A stretch of DNA of 51,777 nucleotides from Verrucomicrobiaceae bacterium (lineage in GTDB: Bacteria > Verrucomicrobiota > Verrucomicrobiia > Chthoniobacterales > Chthoniobacteraceae): contig JAYTMG010000772.1 of assembly GCA_043728745.1 (NCBI GenBank), positions 1 through 51,777 on the forward strand. Direction: 5' to 3'. Position numbers and translations under genes: made by a program. Of the stretch, positions 1-8,700 are shown piece after piece. A model generated the notes under the pieces. That model was not told the origin of the DNA, did not search any database, and was given only the letters and a program-made list of their open reading frames with translations. Positions within the stretch are counted from its first letter, which is position 1. Every line of letters begins with the position of its first letter.

Positions 1-192
1 CCGCAGTGTTCACAAATGGGCGCTTCGCGCTATAGCAACGGCGGCAAGAATGCCGCCGCTCCTTGGCTCGTTACACTCGCATCGCAACATTCGCGTTCCG
101 CTTCCAATCACACCCCACGCACCGGTTCGCTCCACGCGATCATTGCATCCATACCGCGATTCGGAAACACTCCTCTGACCTCGATAGCCATC

Positions 193-1065
193 ATGAAAAC
201 AATCCCTACACTTGTCGCCGCTGTCTTCCTCAGCGTTGCAGCATTCGCCGATGACGAGACCACTTTCACTGCTGTTCCTCCGGGCTCCTGGACGCGCTTT
301 AATCCGCTCGGGATCGCAGCGTTCACGTTCACGGGCGGCGTCGCGCGACTCAGCAGCGCGGCTCCGAGTGCGGCGGCGTATCCCATTTTAGGCCCGGCGC
401 GGCTTGCGCTCTTCGGGCCGACTACTTTCACACAGACGGTGATCTCTGCGGACCTTGTCGCCTGGGGCCCTACGAAGAATGTTCCGGGCGTCATCGCGCG
501 GGCGGGGAACATCGCACTTGGCGGGACGCGCGGCTATTCGTTCGGTGTCATTCCGACCACTGGCGAAGTCGCAATTCACCGCGTCACAGGCGAGGTCCCT
601 ACGCCGATTGCGATTGGCGTTCCAATCACCGTAACTCCGGGACATTCCTACCGTATCATCCTGATTTGCGGGGGCAGCAATATCACGGGCCGCATCTTTG
701 ATCTCTCGAACCTCACAAATCCGTTGATCGAGCTCACCGCAACCGATTCGACCTATCCGTCAGGCATCACGGGCATCGTGAACGCCGCCGACTCGCTCAC
801 CGCGATTGATGCGACGTTCGACAATTTCCTCGCGTGGGATGGCACCCCGCCGCCGCTCACGGTGACGCCGGGCGTCGGCACGATGACGATCAGCGCTGAC
901 ACCGCGCGCAGCCTCAGCACAAATCTGGAAACGACCGACGACCTCGCCGTGCCGTTCCTGCAAGTGTATCCCGGGTCGAGCATCAACGGCACGCTTCTGG
1001 AAAATGTCGTACCGACAAACGCAGCGCAGCGCTTCTACCGGCGGCGACTCGTCGGCACGCCATAG
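193..1065 (+). CDS. Secreted hypothetical protein, about 290 aa, possibly a jelly-roll/LamG-like fold
   Basis: The ORF 16..1065 has an internal ATG at 193. It gives MKTIPTLVAAVFLSVAAFA|DDE, a classic Sec signal peptide. The 59 codons upstream are R/S/H-rich and look non-coding. The body is a beta-rich sequence with high GC3, and the C-terminus reads QRFYRRRL. The fold assignment is a guess. Confidence 0.7.
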   Translation: MKTIPTLVAAVFLSVAAFADDETTFTAVPPGSWTRFNPLGIAAFTFTGGVARLSSAAPSAAAYPILGPARLALFGPTTFTQTVISADLVAWGPTKNVPGVIARAGNIALGGTRGYSFGVIPTTGEVAIHRVTGEVPTPIAIGVPITVTPGHSYRIILICGGSNITGRIFDLSNLTNPLIELTATDSTYPSGITGIVNAADSLTAIDATFDNFLAWDGTPPPLTVTPGVGTMTISADTARSLSTNLETTDDLAVPFLQVYPGSSINGTLLENVVPTNAAQRFYRRRLVGTP

Positions 1066-1281
1066 TCACGGAAGGCGCACGGCATGTGCGCATAGTCCGA
1101 TGACTGGGTCGCCCCACATCAATTTTCCATAAGTCTGTCCATAGGACTTTAGTCGGATATGCGGCGTCCTTCGGTATCCGTCTTTAGTCGTATGGTGCGA
1201 TTTTTGGAAAAGGCTCAACGTCGGCTCATGCAAACAACGCAAAGCACGCAAGATAACGCTGTGAGATTCGCGGCGCGAAGC

Positions 1282-1395
1282 CCCAAGGAGGGGGGCCGTC
1301 TCGGCCCCATAAGGAGCGAAGCGTCTCCCATGACCTCCCAGCTTATCGGGAACTCTTTCAGAGTTCAGGGGGCCGAGACGGCACCCCTCCTTGGG
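1282..1395. repeat. Long hairpin / inverted-repeat element (27-bp arms with 1 mismatch, loop of about 59 nt)
   Basis: The left arm cccaaggaggggggccgtctcggcccc (1282..1308) pairs with the right arm gggggccgagacggcacccctccttggg (1368..1395). Each arm also contains its own small palindrome (ggggccg/cggcccc). The element lies in the 660-nt gap between two secreted-protein genes. Confidence 0.6.
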
Positions 1396-1728
1396 CTCAC
1401 CAGATACGCGCGAATCATCAGCAGAATCCGATCGCTCGTCTGCGGACACGAGGGCAGGTGGGACTCGCTGGTCGCGACCTGCGCCAGCGACATCCTGCAT
1501 GTGAGAGGTCTTGAACAATGGATCGAATCCATCGCTACGCTCACTCACCGCGAACGCACGGAAAAGCTGCTCCGGGCATCCGGGAAGCTAAAAGCCGCAG
1601 ACATTTCCAGCACCCTCTCGTGCATGGCGAAGGGGGCAGGGCTGTTCCTCGCCATCCCAGAATCCAAGCTGCGGACCGTTCAATTCGCACAGGTCGCTTA
1701 ATCAGAAATCCAAACAACAAACCATCCA

Positions 1729-4596
1729 ATGAAACACACACAAAGCATCATCACCGCCTGCGCACTCGCGCTCGCTTCCACGGCATCCGCCGAGCGCAAT
1801 TACATCGCGTGGGGACAACGACACAACGCAGCTTCAACGACTACCACAGAACGCGCCGTCGCCGTCGCTACCGACAAACGTGGCAACGTCTTCGTGACGG
1901 GTTACAACGATGTGAGCGGCGGCAACGACACTTGGTACACCGCGAAATACGACGGACTCACCGGCGCGAAAATGTGGGAAAAGACATTCTCCAACAACAT
2001 CAACGACGACCAGCCAAGGGCCATCGCGACGGACAGCGAAGGCAGCGTCATCGTCGGTGGCTTCATGGGCACTACGAATCAGCGCGACTTTCAGACGATC
2101 AAATACGACAAGGACGGGATCGCTCTGTGGTCGAGGAGTTACAACAACAGCAATCAAAACGGTGGCGACGAAATCACGGCGATTGCGGTGGACGCGAGCG
2201 ACAATGTGATCGTCACCGGCAAGTCCATCGATAGCGGGAGGCAGGAGGATTTTTACACGATCAAATACAATTCCGCCGGGACGGTGCAGTGGGGTGGAGG
2301 GAAGCGCTACAGCACGTCGTTCATCGATGTTCCGAATGCGATGGCCGTGGCTCCAGATGGCGATGTCGTCGTCGTCGGAAAGTCGCGCGTCGGCTCGGAT
2401 TCCTGCTACTACACCGTGCGCTACCGAGCATCCGATGGTGTCCCGCTTTGGGACGAGACTTACGACAACCTCGTGCAGAGCGACGACGATGAAGCGACGA
2501 GCGTGGCCATCGCTCCGAACGATGCGCAGGACCCGACGGGCGCTGTGCTGGTGACTGGTTCCTCGCGGGACACGAGCAGCGCATCTTACTCGTATCACAC
2601 CATCAAATATCCGGGCGCTGGCGGTGTGCCCCGCTGGTCGCGGCGCTTCACTGGGCCGGTCGGAAACTCGCTCGACACGCCGTTCATCGGGACGGATTTG
2701 CAGGGCAACGCGCTCATCTCCGGCACTACGAAACTCGATGGTTTTCGGACGGTCTATTACGCTGCGAAGTATGCCGCAGTAAATGGCGCGTTCCTCTGGC
2801 AAAATGCGACCGACGTACCGGCAGGCAGCCCGGCAAATACAATCATCACCGACAATGCAAACGCGATGGTCGTGGACGGCGCGGGCAATGTCGTCGTCAC
2901 CGGCACCTCGCTTTTCGCAGCGACCGGGACGGACCATGACTACCTCACTGTGAAATTTGACGGAGCGACCGGCAGTATCCTGTGGCGGCAGCGGCTCAAT
3001 GGCGATGCCGCAGCCGGCAGCGACGATGCGCGTGCAGTGGCAGTCGATGGCGGCGGCGATGTCATCGTCGTAGGCACAGCGAGGAAGGCAGCGCCAAGTG
3101 CGAACTTCGAAATTATCACCGTGAAATACGGCCACTTCCTGCTCGCGGACGGCGACCCCGTTTCCGGCCCCGGCCTCACCACGGCGGCAGTCGCATCTGC
3201 AATCGGCACACCCGCGACAGCCGATGATGGCGGCATCGTCGTCCGCCTCACAGCAAAGGACGGGAAGAAAAAATTCGCCGCCATATTGCCGCAAGACGGC
3301 TCCGGCGGAAACCTCATCACCGCAATGCAAGGCCAGCCCGCACCCGGCGTAACTGGCGCACTCTTCAAATCATTCGGCGACCCCGTCTCCGCGCCAAACG
3401 GCACCTACGCATTCACCGCGAAACTCAGCGGTGTGGCCGGTGGAGAAGCCGCTGGCGTGTGGACCAACACAATCAACGGCAACCTCGGCCTCGCACTGCA
3501 AACGGGCAAACAAGTCCCCGGTCTCACCGCCGGCACGCTGCTGAAATCCGTCGTCAATATCTCGCTGCAAAACGGACACCTCGTCGCGCTCATCAACGTC
3601 GTCGGCGCGGAGAAGAACACCGTCCTCTACGGCCTCACGAGTGTCGGAGGAACCTCGCTGCTCAAGCTCGGACAGTCGTTCACCGCCGATGGCACTGCAT
3701 CCACGATCAAGAAAATGAGCATCTTTGCTCCGACAAAAACATCGCCCGGCCAAGGCCGCTACCACGGCAGCAGCCGCACCGTCGCAAACGTCACCCTCGC
3801 TGATAAACGCACCGCCGTAGTCAGCATCACCAACGCAGGCGTGGCCACCGCAGTCGCCAGCAGCGGCCAAGCGGCGACCGTCATCGACATGAACGCAAAA
3901 TGGAAATCGTTCGGGCCATACGGAGCCAACAGCAACGGCTTCAATCAAGCCGCGCTTGCGACGCTCACACCAAACCTCGGCGGCGTCACATCGGCAACCG
4001 ACACGGCAATTATCACCAGCACATTGGGAACTACAGTAGGCAGCATCATCGCCCGCGAAGGCAGCCCCGCATCGAACATCGCGAACGCCAGCTACGTCAG
4101 CCTCAGCGACCCTGTTTCCAACAATCAGGGCACCTACGCATTTCTCGCGAAGGTAAAAGGCACCGGAATTACCGGAGCAAACAGCACCGTCCTCTACCAC
4201 GGCAACAGTGCCACACCTGCAATCATCGCCCGCACCGGTGGCGATGTGGCCGACGGCGCGGGCTTCACCCTTCCGCAGAAGTTCACGGCTTTCAAAAGCT
4301 TCGCCCTTCCCGGCGGATCGAACAGCGCACCCATCTTCCTCGCCACCGTCAAAGGCACCGGCGTGAGTGGAAAAAACAGCCTCGGGCTTTGGGGGACAGA
4401 CAGCGACGGGGTCCTGCGCCAACTGCTGCGCAGCGGCGACGAACTTGGCGAATACACCGTGAAGAAGTTCACCATGCTCACACCGGCCAAAGGCGCGCTC
4501 AGCGTGTCCCGCAGTTTTAACAATGCAGGCAACGTCACGGCGCTCGTGAACTTCACGGACAAATCAACCGCAATCATCCGCGTGAACATCCCGTAA
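1729..4596 (+). CDS. Secreted SBBP-type beta-propeller repeat protein with C-terminal NxxGxxAF-like repeats (955 aa)
   Basis: ATG at 1729. The signal peptide is MKHTQSIITACALALASTASA|E. Eight or more repeats match the SBBP pattern: YTAKYD, FQTIKYDKDG, FYTIKYNSAG, YYTVRYRASDG, YHTIKYPGAG, YYAAKYAAVNG, YLTVKFDGATG. The C-terminal half carries APNGTYAFTAKL / NNQGTYAFLAKV / NNAGNVTALVNF motifs. Confidence 0.9.
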   Translation: MKHTQSIITACALALASTASAERNYIAWGQRHNAASTTTTERAVAVATDKRGNVFVTGYNDVSGGNDTWYTAKYDGLTGAKMWEKTFSNNINDDQPRAIATDSEGSVIVGGFMGTTNQRDFQTIKYDKDGIALWSRSYNNSNQNGGDEITAIAVDASDNVIVTGKSIDSGRQEDFYTIKYNSAGTVQWGGGKRYSTSFIDVPNAMAVAPDGDVVVVGKSRVGSDSCYYTVRYRASDGVPLWDETYDNLVQSDDDEATSVAIAPNDAQDPTGAVLVTGSSRDTSSASYSYHTIKYPGAGGVPRWSRRFTGPVGNSLDTPFIGTDLQGNALISGTTKLDGFRTVYYAAKYAAVNGAFLWQNATDVPAGSPANTIITDNANAMVVDGAGNVVVTGTSLFAATGTDHDYLTVKFDGATGSILWRQRLNGDAAAGSDDARAVAVDGGGDVIVVGTARKAAPSANFEIITVKYGHFLLADGDPVSGPGLTTAAVASAIGTPATADDGGIVVRLTAKDGKKKFAAILPQDGSGGNLITAMQGQPAPGVTGALFKSFGDPVSAPNGTYAFTAKLSGVAGGEAAGVWTNTINGNLGLALQTGKQVPGLTAGTLLKSVVNISLQNGHLVALINVVGAEKNTVLYGLTSVGGTSLLKLGQSFTADGTASTIKKMSIFAPTKTSPGQGRYHGSSRTVANVTLADKRTAVVSITNAGVATAVASSGQAATVIDMNAKWKSFGPYGANSNGFNQAALATLTPNLGGVTSATDTAIITSTLGTTVGSIIAREGSPASNIANASYVSLSDPVSNNQGTYAFLAKVKGTGITGANSTVLYHGNSATPAIIARTGGDVADGAGFTLPQKFTAFKSFALPGGSNSAPIFLATVKGTGVSGKNSLGLWGTDSDGVLRQLLRSGDELGEYTVKKFTMLTPAKGALSVSRSFNNAGNVTALVNFTDKSTAIIRVNIP

Positions 4597-4615
4597 CCAC
4601 GCCACATATTCCCGC

Positions 4616-4660
4616 AAACGCCCCGGTCCGCATCGCGCAGGCCGGGGCGTTTTGTGTGTT
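4616..4660 (+). terminator. Rho-independent terminator after the SBBP gene
   Basis: There is a perfect 11-bp stem, aaacgccccgg (4616..4626) with ccggggcgttt (4642..4652), and a 15-nt loop. A T-rich tract tttgtgtgtt follows. The structure starts 20 nt after the stop codon at 4596. Confidence 0.65.
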
Positions 4661-4780
4661 CGCCATCCATACCGGAAGAAAACCCGACGGGCACCAAACC
4701 GATGTCGGGAACCGCTAAGCGGCTGTTGAAAAACGCCAGATTCTTACTTCCTTCTCTTACCTTAAAAACAGCAATTGAGT

Positions 4781-4904
4781 GTCCACGAAACGCACTAAAA
4801 GACACGAAAGGACCTACTTCCGAAAGACGAAGCATACACCGAACTGGTGAGCGCGCATCTTTTCACAAGGTCCTCTTTTCGTGTATTTAGTGTCTTTCGT
4901 GGAC
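4781..4904. repeat. Imperfect inverted repeat (arms of about 34 nt) in a less GC-rich spacer
   Basis: The arm gtccacgaaacgcactaaaagacacgaaaggacc (4781..4814) pairs with ggtcctcttttcgtgtatttagtgtctttcgtggac (4869..4904). About 28 of 34 positions are complementary. The arms contain reiterated 'cacgaaa' words. Confidence 0.45.
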
Positions 4905-5270
4905 CACCAACTGCGGCTTTTAGGCTTACTCTTGCTCTTGCTCGCGGAAACCCTCGCCGGTGAGCATGGCGGGTTATTCGTTGGAAATGGAATCGGACGT
5001 AAGCTCTTGCAAGGAACAGTTCGGAGCGGAGATTTTCCGGGAGTTGCGCGTCGTGAAATCTATCGTAGTCGTGGCTTTTGGAGGCATGAATCGGAGGGTC
5101 TAGGTCTCGCGGTGCGCGATGGCAAGCGGAGCGGTGAAGGAAAGCGCGAACCGGACTTTGATTCCGCGTGAATGGCCAAGATGTTCCATGGACGGGGCAC
5201 ATCCATCTTTCATCGCAGCCATCCCATTTTCGCCATGATTCCAACCTCCCCGCTCCTGATATTTGAATGC

Positions 5271-5410
5271 AAAGGGGTGTGACCGTTGCGTGATGTAGCA
5301 CAGTCCGTCCCGGCTGTGGGGCCAGTAGCCGTCCCGGCTGCTGTCGGCCCGCAACGGGCGGGACGGACTGTGCTACGGGCTACATCACGCAGCGGTCACA
5401 CCCATGCAAA
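5271..5410 (+). repeat. GC-rich palindromic (REP/MITE-like) element, full copy A
   Basis: The left arm ggtgtgaccgttgcgtgatgtagcacagtccgtcccg pairs with the right arm cgggacggactgtgctacgggctacatcacgcagcggtcacaccc, which carries a 7-nt insertion. The core contains three 'ccgtcccgg' words. Positions 5279..5365 recur at 51605..51691 with 2 mismatches. Confidence 0.75.
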
Positions 5411-5778
5411 GGTATGGCGTCGCACGGTTGTGATAACGGAGCGACGTTCAGAGGCGGCTCTGCTTACTGAACAGACGGCGTTTGCGACACTGAAGCCCTC
5501 TGCCAATCAGCTTTCCCGAGAAAACCGTGCGTGAGCCACTCCAGCACCGCCTCCAACCCCGGCTACGGTCGGGCAACCCTCCTGGTTTGGCGTATATGGC
5601 TCAGCCGCTGGACTTACCGTCGCCGCGGACACCCTCGGCGACTTTGTGCGCGATAGTTCCCGCGAGTCGATCGCCGGGGAAAAGCCTGACGAAAATAATA
5701 ACAGAGCCGTATGTTTTTAACGTTGTCAAATCCGAAGCGAGGCGTCACATCATTGAGGCAACACCTCGGACTGGAATT

Positions 5779-8700
5779 ATGGTTTTTATGAAAAAGGCGA
5801 AGATTACCCTCAAAAAGAGCGGGAAAATTGGCACCGAGGTCGCCTCGGTAGCGATTCTCCGTACGCAAATCGGGCCGGAGAATCTTGAGCCGCGCATCAC
5901 TTTTTCTTCGGACATCGGGCTTGGTTCGTTGTCCATCGCGGGGGGGCTGGCCCTCGCCATGACGGGCGGTTCCGATGTTTTCGATATCCTCCGGGTGGGC
6001 GATGCGCCAGAGGGCGGCGAGATCGTAAAGGTGAGAAACCTCACAAGTGGGTTGGAGCAGATTTTTAGTGGGGTGCGGTCGATTTCTGCGGCCGGTGGTG
6101 CGGGCGACGACGTGTTGGAGCTTTCCGGAAGCACGCTTGTCTCGCAGATCACGTTCAACGGTGGCGACGGGCTGGATACGATCGTCGGCCCGGCGTCGGA
6201 CAGCACTTGGGTCATCGACGGCGATGGCGCGGGTGCGATCAATGGCAACGTTCACTTTGTAGGAATCGAAAACGCAGCAGGCGCGGCAAATAACGAAGAC
6301 GAGTTTTCGTTTGCGGCGACTGGCTCGCTGGCCGGTGTCGTGTCCGGTGGCGATGGCGGCTATGATTCGCTCGTGGTGGATGGTTCGTTTTCGCACTCCG
6401 TGTCGTCGAGGGCGACCGGGCCGAGCTCGGGCTCGCTACAGTTTGATGGAAGACTTCTGACCTACGCAGGCTTGGAGCCCATCACGATTTCCGGTGTCTC
6501 GGATATTGTCATCGAAGGGACGAGCGGCAGCGATCTTCTCCTCGTGGAGAAAGACCCTGGCGATGCGACAAAGCTGCGCGTGTCGTCCACCAATGGTTCG
6601 ATCGAAAGCGTGTCGTTTTCGATTGCCGGGCTGACTTCGCTGCGGGTGGATGGCAAGGGCGGGCTGGATACGATCACGTTTGGCGGATCGTTCACGCTTG
6701 GTGCGGCCAGCATCGATGCGCTGGCGGAGGGGATTTTTGTCAATGCGGGCACGGTCATCAGCACACTGGGCGATGTCGTTTTCACCGCACTCGCGGATGA
6801 AATCGCGGTGACCGATGTTGCAAACGTGAGCACGAAAGCCGCGCTGATTCAGATCGGCGGCAAGATTTCCACGACGGGAAACATCACGCTCGATGCCGGA
6901 GTGGTGCGGGATGTGAATGTGGACTCCGCGTCGCTGTCGCTGGCGCTTGCTACAACTTCTTCCGCAAACATCGCTGTGCTGAGTGGCGCGACACTCGAAG
7001 CGGCGGCGCTCTCACTCGACGCGCACACGGGCGGTTTGGTCCGCGCCGAATCGCCGCTGAGCACAAGGATCGAGTTTACCGATACGGCGGTTGCTTCGTT
7101 GACCGATGCGACGATCACGGTGACCGGACTCACGGTCTCTGCGAAGACGAATACGCGGTACGAAAGCGTCGGGCGCGATGCGTACAACATCGTTTCCGGT
7201 GAGACGAAAGCGTATGCCGACGACGCCACGATCATCGCCGGAGCGGGCGGCGTTTCTTTCGTGGCAACAGACAGCACGGACTTGCGCGCGATTTCGCCGG
7301 AACGGGCGCTCTTGATTGCGGACGTCGCATTGCCGGTGGATATCGCGATTGGCGCAGCGCGGAATTCGCTGAGCCGGACCGTTGAAGCATATATCTCGAA
7401 CGGCTCTACGGTGACCGTGACCGGCGCGGATGTGAGCCTCTCAGCAGCGCGGGAATCCACCGCTGCAGCATACGTAAAGGCCACCGCGGTTTCTGCGAGC
7501 GTGCCGCTTCCGAATACGTTCTCGCTCAGCGCAGCGGGCACATTTACCTCGAACGTTTTGCGGGGCGATGTGCGCGCTTTCATCGCCGACAGCGCGGTGA
7601 AGACGCTCGTGAGCGGCGACATCTCAGTCGATGCCGAAGACGTGTTTGCGGCGAGTGCGGAGTCGGAGACGAGCATGAAATCGACGCTCAACCCGCTCGC
7701 AGCCAGCTCCGGCGCGGGAACGATCGGCGCGACACTCGCGTATAATTCAATCGGCTGGCTGCCGTCGAATGCGCTCACCGGCACGTTGAGCCAGATGCCG
7801 ATTGGCGAGTTGCTCGGCGATGAACTGGGGCTCGGCAGTGTCGAGGAACGTTCCAAAGTTCACGCGTTCATCGCGCGCTCCACGGTCGAGGCGAAAGACG
7901 ATCTTTTTGTCACTGCGACTTCCGAAGCGCAGATCAATTCCTACGTGGAAAACATCTCCGAAACGATCGCCCAAGCGTTGGTGAGCCCGATCGGTGGCGG
8001 TGCGAGCGCGGTGCTCGCGGTGAATAAAGTGAGCAGCGAAGCAAAAGCGTGGATCGATCAAACCGGCGTTGCCGCGCCTGTCGTGGTCGGCGGAGACCTC
8101 ACGATTTCTGCGGAAGATGCGGCGGGAATCTACGCGACAACGATCCTCGGAAACAGCGCGACGGTGGTCGCAGATGGCGGGCAACAAATCATCGAAGAGG
8201 AGGTGAACGCGGTCGATGCGACGTATTCCACAGACGATGGATCGAACGTGATTCTCTTCGGCGACACGGTGGAAATCTCGGAGACATTCCTCGACGAAGA
8301 TTTCACGACCGACGACGGCGCGCAGATGCTGGCGACTGGCGACGATATCCTCGTCGCGGCAGGATACGCCGACACGCGATGGACTTCGGAAGACGGGCGT
8401 CGCTTGCTCGTTGCGGGCGACAAAATCGAAGTCGAAGCGGGATATGGAAACGGAGGCGGCGACGCAGAATCCGCGCTCGTTTACCAATATATCGGCGCGA
8501 ACAAACGGATGGATCTCGGCGCGGTGGACTACTCCGACGCCACGAAGTGGGCGCTCGTTTCCGGCGATGACGATGTCGTGTATCGATACCTCGGCGCGCC
8601 GGGAACTGTGGACCTGAGTTTGCAGGATTATTCGGACGACACGAAGTGGCAGGTCCGTGGCGCGGATGGCGACGTGAAGTATCAATATCTCGGTACCACG

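Noticed and set aside
1066-1100. A small hairpin gcgcac-ggcat-gtgcgc just after the first gene's stop, as a terminator. A similar one, ggcggca-agaa-tgccgcc, lies at about 39..56.
   Set aside because: The stems are short (6 to 7 bp) with no following T-tract, so the evidence for an intrinsic terminator is insufficient.
1159-1701. ORF 1159..1701 (180 aa, plus strand) and the overlapping ORF 1066..1548 (160 aa, minus strand) as genes between the two secreted-protein genes.
   Set aside because: Both read through the 27-bp inverted repeat, giving mirror peptides PKEGGRLGP and GAETAPLLG, and have implausible N-terminal halves. Only the last 60 codons or so of the plus ORF look coding-like, which is not enough to call a gene.
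5686-5715. A sigma-70-like -35/-10 pair (ctgacg, 18 nt, tatgtt) about 65 nt upstream of the giant gene's start.
   Set aside because: The match is poor (non-optimal spacer, 4 of 6 at -10), and promoter consensus for this lineage is uncertain. It would be a guess.
5527-5778. An upstream extension of the giant ORF (GTG 5527 or ATG 5596) adding MREPLQHRLQPRLRSGNPPGLAY... to the N-terminus.
   Set aside because: The peptide is R/P/S-rich with no repeat grammar. The DNA becomes A/T-rich just before ATG 5779. The sequence from 5779 gives a coherent N-terminus carrying the LEPRITFSS motif shared with the downstream gene.
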